A DNA stretch of 64,000 nt, from positions 96,001 through 160,000 of the forward strand of contig CAWHXD010000007.1 of the NCBI GenBank assembly GCA_963833225.1, in the 5' to 3' direction. The stretch's first letter is position 1; every line of letters starts with the position of its first letter. Of this stretch, positions 56,417-64,000 are shown piece by piece. Under the pieces are notes generated by a model that did no database searches, was not told the origin of the DNA, and worked only from the letters and a program-made list of their open reading frames with translations. Position numbers and translations under genes: made by a program. Source of the DNA: an uncultured Chloroflexia bacterium. GTDB taxonomy: Bacteria > Chloroflexota > Limnocylindria > Limnocylindrales > CSP1-4.

Positions 56417-57364
56417 ATGCCGCCCATGGACTCGCACCACTTCCGGAACGCCGTCCGTCGCGGCGGGCCGATCCTCGTCGATGGCGGTCTCGCAACCCAG
56501 CTCGAGGCGCAGGGCAACGACCTCACGGACACGCTGTGGTCGGCACGGCTGCTGATCGAGGCCCCCGAGGAGATCGTCGCGGCGCACCTCGCCTTCTACC
56601 GGGCGGGGGCAAGGGTCGCCACCACCGCCTCGTACCAGGCGACGTTCGAGGGCTTCGCGGCTCGTGGGCTGGACAGGGCTGCGGCGGAAGGGCTGCTGCG
56701 ACGATCCGTCGAGCTCGCCGCGGAGGCTCGTGACCGGGCCACGGCCGAGGGAATCGACGAGGAGCTGTTCATCGCGGCCTCGGTGGGACCCTTCGGCGCG
56801 ATGCTGGCCGATGGGTCCGAATATCGCGGCTACGACGGGCGAACCGTCGCGGAGCTGCGCGATTTCCACCGTGACCGCCTCCGCGTGCTCGCCTCGACGG
56901 GCGCCGATGTCCTCGCGGTGGAGACGATCCCGGAGACGACCGAGGGCGAGGCCATCGCCCAGCTCCTGGGCGAGCTGCCCGGAACGGCCGCGTGGGTCAG
57001 CTTCACGTGTGCCGATGGGTCCAGGCTGCGAAGCGGCGCGCCGATCGAGGATGGCATCGCGGCGGTGGCCGACGCCCCGGGCGTGGTCGCGGTTGGCGTC
57101 AACTGCACGGCCCCGGAGCACGTCGAGGAGCTGATCGGCAGGATCCGGGCCACCACGCCCCTCCCGGTTGTGGTGTACCCGAACAGCGGCGAAGGCTGGG
57201 ACGCCGTTGGGCGCCGCTGGACCGCCGGGGACAGCGGGCGCGTCGATGGTGAGGTGGCCATGCGCTGGCGGACGAGCGGCGCCACGCTCGTTGGGGGCTG
57301 CTGTCGGGTGGGCCCCTCCCAGGTCCAGGCGATGGGCGAGGCCCTCGCCGCGGTCGCCGGGTGA
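56417..57364 (+). CDS. mmuM: Homocysteine S-methyltransferase
   Basis: DGGLATQLE, LWSA, TASYQA, GAMLADGSEY, GVNC, YPNSGE, GGCC. Confidence 0.92.
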   Translation: MPPMDSHHFRNAVRRGGPILVDGGLATQLEAQGNDLTDTLWSARLLIEAPEEIVAAHLAFYRAGARVATTASYQATFEGFAARGLDRAAAEGLLRRSVELAAEARDRATAEGIDEELFIAASVGPFGAMLADGSEYRGYDGRTVAELRDFHRDRLRVLASTGADVLAVETIPETTEGEAIAQLLGELPGTAAWVSFTCADGSRLRSGAPIEDGIAAVADAPGVVAVGVNCTAPEHVEELIGRIRATTPLPVVVYPNSGEGWDAVGRRWTAGDSGRVDGEVAMRWRTSGATLVGGCCRVGPSQVQAMGEALAAVAG

Positions 57365-57426
57365 CAATGGACGGCAGCCCCGGCCATCCCGATCGTCACG
57401 AGCCCCCAACCCGGAGGTCCACGCCC

Positions 57427-58137
57427 GTGTTCCGCGCCGCCTGCGCGCTCGCCCTGGTCGTCACCGTTGCCGCCGGCTGTGGTGGCGCGTCCCTGGCACC
57501 GCCCGTCGACACCGCCCCAGCCACCCAGCCGTCGGTCACGCCCATGCCGGCCGGCACCTACACCTCGGTCTCGTTCCAGCCCGCGGTCACGTTCACGGTG
57601 CCCGACGGGTGGGTCAAGCTCGAGGACAGCGGCCTGTACCTCAGCCTGTATCCGGCCGACAACGACCTGATCGGCCTCCACCTGTTTCGCGATCCGAAGG
57701 CGGCATCGCAGGACGTGAGCTGCTCCGCCCAGCCGGAGCCCGGGGTCGGTGGGACCTCGTCCGAGCTGGCCACGTGGATTGCCGGACGCCCCGGGCTCGT
57801 GGTCAGCACGCCCACGATGGCCACCGTCGGCGGGCTGCGCGGCGTGGCCATCGACGTGGCGATCCGGGCGGGCTGGACGCAGCCCTGCCCGTTCTCCAAC
57901 GGTGTCCCCGCGGTCCCGCTGATCAACAGCCCGGACATCGACCACTGGGTCGTCGTGGGCAACGAGCGGCTGCACCTGTTCCTGCTCGACCTGCCGGGCG
58001 GCGGCCTGGTCGCCGTGGATGTGGACGCCTTCGACGGCGACCAGATCGAGGATCTGCTCGCGCGTTCCAACAGCATCGTGCGCAGCCTGCAGTTCGCGCT
58101 CGACGATGCGGCGGAGTCCACGGCCCCCAGCCAGTGA
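57427..58137 (+). CDS. Putative lipoprotein
   Basis: GGAGG plus GTG; lipobox VAAGC; GTYTS..F.P.VTFTVPDGW. Confidence 0.7.
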   Translation: MFRAACALALVVTVAAGCGGASLAPPVDTAPATQPSVTPMPAGTYTSVSFQPAVTFTVPDGWVKLEDSGLYLSLYPADNDLIGLHLFRDPKAASQDVSCSAQPEPGVGGTSSELATWIAGRPGLVVSTPTMATVGGLRGVAIDVAIRAGWTQPCPFSNGVPAVPLINSPDIDHWVVVGNERLHLFLLDLPGGGLVAVDVDAFDGDQIEDLLARSNSIVRSLQFALDDAAESTAPSQ

Positions 58138-58865
58138 GCGAGGCGACCGGCGTCGCGCCGCGGATCCTGGCCGTGGTCCCGGGCTACGAGGAAGGGCCGC
58201 GGATCGGCCAGGTTGTCGAGTCGGCGAGCCGCCACGTCGCGGTCCTCGTCGTGGATGACGGCTCGACGGATGACACCGCCGCGGCTGCCGGCGCCGCCGG
58301 GGCCCGGGTCATCCGCCAGGTCCCCAACGCCGGCAAGGGCGCGGCGCTCCGGGCCGGGTTCCGGGTGGCACTCGACGAGGGCTGGGACGCGGTTCTCACG
58401 CTGGACGCTGACGGACAGCATGACCCCGACGAGATCCCACGGTTCGTGGCGGCGTTCTCGGCACCTGGCGCCGCGGGACCGCGGCCTGAGCTGATCATCG
58501 GCCGGCGCGACTTCACCCGGATGCCGCTGGTGCGTCGCCTGTCCAACACCGTGGGCACCGCCGCATTCTCGTGGGCCGTGGGCCAGCGCATCCCGGACAA
58601 CCAGTCGGGGTACCGGCTCCTCGGGCGCCGCCTGATGACGGCCATGCTCGCGAGTCACGAGACGGGGTTCGAGCTCGAGGTCGAGATGATCGCCGTCTGC
58701 CTTCGCCGTGGCTGGACGCTGGCCTGGGTGCCGATCTCCACGATCTACGCCGGCGAGCCCAGCCACGTGAAGCCGGTCGCCCACCTGCGGCATTTCCTGC
58801 GTGCGACGCGGGCCGCGCGGCGGATGATGGGTAATGCATCTTCATCGGACGTCCACCCGCGCTGA
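58134..58865 (+). CDS. Glycosyltransferase family 2 (DPM1-like)
   Basis: VVPGYEE, VDDGSTDDT, NAGKGAAL, DADGQH, DNQSGYR. Confidence 0.9.
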   Translation: MSEATGVAPRILAVVPGYEEGPRIGQVVESASRHVAVLVVDDGSTDDTAAAAGAAGARVIRQVPNAGKGAALRAGFRVALDEGWDAVLTLDADGQHDPDEIPRFVAAFSAPGAAGPRPELIIGRRDFTRMPLVRRLSNTVGTAAFSWAVGQRIPDNQSGYRLLGRRLMTAMLASHETGFELEVEMIAVCLRRGWTLAWVPISTIYAGEPSHVKPVAHLRHFLRATRAARRMMGNASSSDVHPR

Positions 58866-58928
58866 AGCGGGAGGCGTCATGCTTGTTCCGCCGACCCTGC
58901 CTCGGCACGTCCCAGTTGCACCCGCGAG

Positions 58929-60272
58929 ATGATGACCGATCCCACACTGATCCCCCAACCGCTGGTTCCACCGCCCGCCCCCCCGCCCCTGAAGCCGTCG
59001 GGCTTTGGTAGGGGGCGCGTCCCCGGGGTTCTCGTCCTTGTCCTTGCTCCCGTGCTCGCGATCGCGATGTTCGCGGCCGGCATCGCGGTCGGCAGCTCCG
59101 GCGGGACGCTCGGCAACGGACCGCTCCAGGCCGGAACCGCCACCCCACGTCCAAGCGGCACGCCCGCGGACGTCGCGCTCATCGACGAGGCATGGCGCGT
59201 GATCCACGACAACTACGTCGATCCGGCCAGCCTCGATGACCAGAAGCTCGCCTATGGCGCGATCAGCGGGCTTGCTGACGCCGTCGGCGACGACGGCCAC
59301 ACGGGATTCATGACCGCCGAGCAGGCGAAGGCGACTGACGAGTCACTGTCGGGGTCCTTCGTGGGCGTCGGGGTCCAGGTGAGCCAGGCCGATGACGGCG
59401 GCATCGAGATCTCGACCGTCTTCCCCAACACCCCTGCCGAGGAGGCCGGCCTCAGGCGCGGCGACCGGATCCTGGCCGTGGATGGCACGACGACCAGGGG
59501 AGAGACCGTTGAGCAGGCCGTGACCCGCGTGCGCGGGCCCGAGGGCGAGGATGTCGTGCTCACGATCGGGCGCACCGGGGTGGCCGACTTCGATGTCACG
59601 ATCACCCGCCGGAAGTTCGATCTGCCGCTCGTGAGCTGGGCAATGGTCCCGGGCACCACGATCGCCATGATCCGGCTCGACCAGTTCGCCACCGGGGCCA
59701 CGGATGGCATGAAGCGGGCGATCACCGCGGCCAAGCAGGACGGCGCCACCGGGATCGTGCTCGACCTGCGTGCCAACCCGGGTGGCTATGTCAACGAGGC
59801 CGTCGGTGTCGCCAGCCAGTTCCTGTCGGATGGCATCGTCTACCAGGAATTCGACCGGTCCGGCGTGCGCAAGGATGCGGACGTGATCCCAGGCGGCCTG
59901 GCGACTGACATCCCGCTGGTCGTCCTGGCCGATGGCAACACGGCGAGCTCCGCCGAGATCGTCTCAGGGGCCATCCAGGATGCGGGCCGCGCCGACGTGG
60001 TGGGCGAGAAGACGTTCGGTACCGGGACGGTGCTCGGGCGGTTCGATCTCTCGGACGGATCCTCGCTGCGCATCGGCGTGGAGCGATGGCTCACCCGTGA
60101 CGGCCGCCCGATCTGGCACGAGGGTCTGGAGCCCGACATCAGTGTCGCGCTCCCGGACGCCGCACAGCCCGTGCTGCCTGACACCCTCAAGGACATGACT
60201 GCGGCCGAGTTCAAGGCATCCGCCGACGACCAGGTCAAGCGGGCCGTCGAGCTGCTCACCAGCGGGCAGTAG
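58929..60272 (+). CDS. S41 carboxy-terminal processing peptidase (CtpA-like) with PDZ domain
   Basis: TM anchor; GVGV PDZ motif, PAEEAGLRRGD, LDLRANPGG, TASSAEI, TFGTG, GLEPD. Confidence 0.9.
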   Translation: MMTDPTLIPQPLVPPPAPPPLKPSGFGRGRVPGVLVLVLAPVLAIAMFAAGIAVGSSGGTLGNGPLQAGTATPRPSGTPADVALIDEAWRVIHDNYVDPASLDDQKLAYGAISGLADAVGDDGHTGFMTAEQAKATDESLSGSFVGVGVQVSQADDGGIEISTVFPNTPAEEAGLRRGDRILAVDGTTTRGETVEQAVTRVRGPEGEDVVLTIGRTGVADFDVTITRRKFDLPLVSWAMVPGTTIAMIRLDQFATGATDGMKRAITAAKQDGATGIVLDLRANPGGYVNEAVGVASQFLSDGIVYQEFDRSGVRKDADVIPGGLATDIPLVVLADGNTASSAEIVSGAIQDAGRADVVGEKTFGTGTVLGRFDLSDGSSLRIGVERWLTRDGRPIWHEGLEPDISVALPDAAQPVLPDTLKDMTAAEFKASADDQVKRAVELLTSGQ

Positions 60273-60291
60273 CGGGTCCCGCGAATTCAAA

Positions 60292-60316
60292 CGACCGCCG
60301 GCGGGGCCGGCGGTCG
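60292..60316 (-). terminator. Intrinsic terminator between convergent genes
   Basis: 11-bp stem cgaccgccggc-ggg-gccggcggtcg followed by TTTG on the minus strand. Confidence 0.65.
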
Positions 60317-60346
60317 CGATGCGGAACGCTTGGTGTGACCGAGCGG

Positions 60347-60556
60347 TCAGGCCTGGCCGGTGCGTCCGGCCGTCACGTGACGGCTCCAGTCCGATGTGCG
60401 GCCGTCGGGTGACTCCGAGCTGCCGATCCAGCCGCAGACGCAGGTGACCTGCTGGGCTGAATGCCGGTACTCGGCGATGACGTGCCGTCGCGGATCGGGC
60501 TCAGGGGCAGGCTTCCGCGAGGGAAGGCCGTTGCCGGGACGCCGGAGCTCGGTCAT
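60347..60556 (-). CDS. Small hypothetical protein with H..CxC..H motif
   Basis: MTELRR..RHVI..VTCVCGW..WSRH; starts 7 nt after the upstream stop. Confidence 0.5.
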   Translation of the reverse strand: MTELRRPGNGLPSRKPAPEPDPRRHVIAEYRHSAQQVTCVCGWIGSSESPDGRTSDWSRHVTAGRTGQA

Positions 60557-60563
60557 ACGGGGA

Positions 60564-60911
60564 TCAGGCCCGGCGCTGGGCGAAGCAGGCGCTGCAGTAG
60601 ACGGGCTTGCCCGACGTCGGGCGGAAGGGGACCTCGGTCTCCTGGCCGCACGAGGAGCAGGTGGCCGCGAACATCTCGCGCGGGCCGCGCGGGGCGCCGT
60701 AGCCGCCGTCGCCGCCGCGGGAGCCGAAGCCGCCGCCGCTGCTGTAGCTGCCGCCACCCGAATCACCGCGCTGGGCCTTGCGGGCGGCGCGACAGCTGGG
60801 GCAGCGCCGCGGCTCGGTGAAGCCGCGCTCCGCGTAGAAATCCTGCTCGCTGGCAGTGAAGGTGAACGACTGGTTGCAGTCGCTACAGGTCAGCGTCTTG
60901 TCGACGTTCAT
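60564..60911 (-). CDS. Zinc-ribbon (zf-trcl) plus CxxC-x17-CxxC domain protein
   Basis: DKTLTCSDC..F.FTASEQDFYAERGF.EPRRCPSC; REMFAATCSSCG..VPFRP..KPVYCSAC. Confidence 0.92.
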   Translation of the reverse strand: MNVDKTLTCSDCNQSFTFTASEQDFYAERGFTEPRRCPSCRAARKAQRGDSGGGSYSSGGGFGSRGGDGGYGAPRGPREMFAATCSSCGQETEVPFRPTSGKPVYCSACFAQRRA

Positions 60912-61105
60912 GAAAACGATCCACTCCTGTGGTGTTTGCGACGGAGTCCGCGATCTGGCCTCGGCGGAAACCGGGAGGGGGTGGATCGAGTCGGCCGCGC
61001 TCGGCTGAAGGTGACTGTCCCCTGCGATGGGGGCGTCGCGGGACTATACGCCTTTCCTCGCGGAACGCCAAACCCGGGCGATCGGTGGCGGCTCGCCGGG
61101 GGCCT

Positions 61106-62174
61106 CTAGGCGACTGCGGCGACCTTGTCGGCGATGCGCTCGAGGAGGGATGTCCACGAGCCCACGAACGACGCCGCGCCGTTGTGCTGGAGCTCACCCG
61201 CGACCGCGTCCACGTCCAGCCCGGCGGCCTCGAAGCGCAGCCAGCTGGCCATCGGCGCTGGCATCGAGCGCGGTGACGGGCAGGTCCGCGGCGCCGGTTG
61301 CGAGCAGCGTCTGCTCGGGCATCGTGTTCACGGTGTCCGGGGCGGCGAGTCCCGTGATGTACAGCGTCGGAGGCAGCGACGGGTCCTTGGTGCCGGTGCT
61401 CGCAAACAGCAGCCGCTGCGGGCGCGCACCCTTGGCGATGAGGCCCTGCCAGCGCTCCGATCCAAAGAACGCGCGGTACTCGACGTAGCACTGGCGACCG
61501 ATGGCCAGGCCCACCTGGTCCTGGAGATCCGCGGGCAGCTGCTTGGCCGTTGCCGGATCCCAGCGGCTGACGAACAGCGACGCGACCGACTCGACGGCTG
61601 CCGGGAGGCCGGCCTCGACCCGGCGCTCGATGCCGCGCGTGTAGGCCTCGGCGCAGGCCAGGTATTGGGCCGGGGAGAACAGGAGGGTCACGTTGACCGG
61701 GACGCCGCCGAAGATCGTCGCCTCGATCGCGGGCAGGCCCTGGGCCGTGCCGGGGATCTTGATGAACAGGTTGGGGCGATCGCCCAGGTCGTGGAGTCGC
61801 TTCGCCTCGATCGCGGTCGCGGCGGTGTCGTAGGCAAGGAGCGGCGAGACCTCGAGGGACACGAAGCCGTCGACGCCGCCCGTGCGGTCGTGGATCGGCC
61901 GGAACAGGTCCGCCGCGCGCCGGAGGTCGTCCAGCGCCAGCTCGAAGAAGGTGTCCTCGCCCGACCTGCCGGCCCGCGCCGCGTTCGCGATCTGCGTGTC
62001 GTAGGCGTCGGAGCTGCCGATGGCCCGGTCGTAGATCGTGGGGTTGGACGTCAGGCCCGTGACGTCCAGCTCATCGATGTAGTGCTGGAGCGTCCCGCTG
62101 TCCAGCAGCGGACGGGTGATGTTGTCCAGCCAGAGGCTCTGGCCGAGGTCCGCGAGCGCGCGCGTGGTCTTCAT
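61106..62174 (-). CDS. tal: Transaldolase (type 2; 3' frameshift near 61250)
   Basis: GQSLWLDN, GLTSNPTI, VSLEVSP, NLFIKIPGT, VNVTLLFS, ASLFVSR, ASTGTKDP, TVNTMP. Confidence 0.92.
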
Positions 62175-62427
62175 CAGGCAGCTCCGATCATCGGGGCGCG
62201 GAGCGAGTGTGCGGTCTCCGGCGACCCCTTGGGCCACTGTACCGCAGCGTCGCGCCGGACCATGGTCACTGCGGCCGACCGGACCATCGCGCAGGGGCGC
62301 GATCGGGCGGGCCGGGATAGCCTTGGGCTGTCCCTGTCGCCCGTGCGCCGCCGTCGGTGGCTCGCGAGCGCACATCGATCGTCGGTGCCGTCCATCCTGG
62401 CGCCGTCGGGAAGAAGAGGATCCTGTC

Positions 62428-63021
62428 GTGCGACTGCTCCGCCCCGGCGCCCATCGGGCGTCCCTCCAGTCCCGACTCGCGGCCGTGGTGGCCGCGAGCC
62501 TGTTCGCCTCGCTGTTTGCCTTCGGCGTGTCCTCGGCGGCGCCCGCCCCGGCGTCCGCCCTGACGGCGAAGTGGCACGCGGTGGAGCTCTACTACCTCGA
62601 TCTCCTCAACTGCACGCGAACCGGTGGCTGGGTGCGCAAGGACGGGACCTGCAAGGCCTATGGGACGGGCACGTACTCCAAGTACGTGGCGCCGCTCAAG
62701 CTGCGCGACGGGATCAGCAACGTGGCCCGCCGCTGGGCAAAGAAGATCGCCACCGAAGGTGCCTGTCGCCACGGCGACCCGGGCGCGCGGCTCAAGCGAG
62801 CCGGCTACACCGGGTATGCCTGGGGCGAGAACATCGGCTGCTACGACATCCGCAGCGCCTACGCCTCCGTGCTGGCTTCACACCGGGCGTTCCAGAAGGA
62901 GAAGTCCTCGGGCGGCGGTCATTGGAAGAACATCAAGAATGCGCGCTACAAGGTGGTCGGGATCGGGGTGTGGAAGGCGAATGGCCACACCCGGCTGGTG
63001 ACCGACTTCTACCGCCCCTAG
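62428..63021 (+). CDS. Secreted CAP/SCP domain protein
   Basis: Signal peptide; LLNCTR, CRHG, WGENIG, GGGHWKNI..VGIGV. Confidence 0.8.
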   Translation: MRLLRPGAHRASLQSRLAAVVAASLFASLFAFGVSSAAPAPASALTAKWHAVELYYLDLLNCTRTGGWVRKDGTCKAYGTGTYSKYVAPLKLRDGISNVARRWAKKIATEGACRHGDPGARLKRAGYTGYAWGENIGCYDIRSAYASVLASHRAFQKEKSSGGGHWKNIKNARYKVVGIGVWKANGHTRLVTDFYRP

Positions 63022-63158
63022 CGCCGACCTCGCGGGACCGCCTGACGGGACCGCGCGCCAGAATGGCTGCCGGCCGGTGTGAGATGACCCACACGTCCTG
63101 GTGGGCGGTGAACTGGTGTCCCGTCACGCGCCCGGAACCCTGAAGGTACGGAGCAGCC

Positions 63159-64000
63159 ATGCGCATCCTCATCGTCGGCGCCGGTGGCGTCGGGACCGCT
63201 GCCGTCGCGATCGCGGCCAAGCGCGACTTCTTCGAGCACATCGTGGTCGCCGATTACGATCCCGCCCGTGTCGAGCACGCCCTCGCCCAGGTGGCGGGCG
63301 ACGCCCGGTTCAGTGGCGCCCAGGTCGACGCCTCAAGCGTCGAATCCGTCGTCGCGCTCATCCGGGAGCACCGGGCAAGCCACGTCCTCAACGCCGTCGA
63401 CCCGCGGTTCGTCATGCCCATCTTCGACGCCTGCGCGGAGGCCGGCGTCACCTACATGGACATGGCCATGTCCCTCTCCAGGCCCCACCCGGAACGGCCG
63501 TTCGAGCTGGCAGGGGAGAAGCTCGGCGATCGCCAGTTCGCCAAGGCGGCCGAGTGGGAGGCTGCCGGCCGGCTGGCCCTCGTCGGTCTGGGCGTGGAGC
63601 CCGGCCTGTCGGACATCTTCGCCCGGTACGCCCAGGACGAGCTGTTCAGCGAGATCGACGAGGCCGGGGTCCGTGACGGCGCCAACCTCGTCGTTGACGG
63701 CTACGACTTTGCCCCGTCGTTCTCCATCTGGACGACGATCGAGGAGTGCCTCAACCCGCCGGCCGTCTGGGAGGCTGACCGCGGCTGGTTCACCACGCCA
63801 CCGTTCTCGGAGCCCGAGACGTTCGAGTTCCCGGGGGGCATCGGCCCGGTCGAGTGCGTGAACGTCGAGCACGAGGAGGTGCTGCTGATCCCGCGCTGGG
63901 TCAAGGCGAAGCGGGTCACGTTCAAGTACGGCCTGGGCGACGAGTTCATCAATGTTCTCAAGGTCCTGCACACCCTCGGCCTGGACAGGACCGACCCGGT
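63159..64000 (+). CDS. Saccharopine dehydrogenase/carboxynorspermidine synthase family (3' end outside window)
   Basis: Manual translation: MRILIVGAGGVG..VVADYD..NAVDPRF..YMDMA..GVEPGLSD..FAPSFSIWTTIEEC..HEEV. Confidence 0.88.
   Translation, partial: MRILIVGAGGVGTAAVAIAAKRDFFEHIVVADYDPARVEHALAQVAGDARFSGAQVDASSVESVVALIREHRASHVLNAVDPRFVMPIFDACAEAGVTYMDMAMSLSRPHPERPFELAGEKLGDRQFAKAAEWEAAGRLALVGLGVEPGLSDIFARYAQDELFSEIDEAGVRDGANLVVDGYDFAPSFSIWTTIEECLNPPAVWEADRGWFTTPPFSEPETFEFPGGIGPVECVNVEHEEVLLIPRWVKAKRVTFKYGLGDEFINVLKVLHTLGLDRTDP

Noticed and set aside
63060-63158. Riboswitch in the leader of the saccharopine-dehydrogenase-family gene
   Set aside because: No recognisable consensus; an AGGGUUCCG-like piece lies on the wrong strand.

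Overview
High-GC (roughly 70% by eye) bacterial chromosome segment, most likely a long-read or metagenome assembly: more than a dozen otherwise ordinary genes carry single-base frameshifts. Gene style suggests Chloroflexota or Actinomycetota (inference only). Most of the window is metabolic or housekeeping: argG, nitrilase, GH73 cell-wall hydrolase, PEP-mutase family, non-pyrrolysine MttB, cspA, an atypical transketolase operon, fused ETF beta-alpha plus ETF-QO/FixCX, DipZ, DEAD-box helicase, ALDH, PFK, AKR, a MacAB-like ABC exporter, mmuM, S41 peptidase, transaldolase and a saccharopine-dehydrogenase-family gene. The accessory core is an island of about 8 kb (35.6-43.8 kb). It holds a degraded DUF4143 AAA ATPase and an array of orphan Rhs core-toxin/immunity cassettes: a barnase/RNase Sa-like toxin with barstar, a second unrecognised toxin with an FHLHIH motif plus immunity candidate, and a third orphan immunity-like gene. 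It also holds a 616-nt poly-T run (probably an artefact), a truncated AbiEii nucleotidyltransferase and an AbrB-PemK/MazF toxin-antitoxin pair. Other notable items are an ECF sigma factor with a fused ZAS domain and candidate autoregulated promoter, a peptidase S51-like/CysRS-anticodon-domain fusion, and an S41 peptidase lacking the canonical catalytic Lys. No rRNA, tRNA, CRISPR array, integrase or transposase was recognised.
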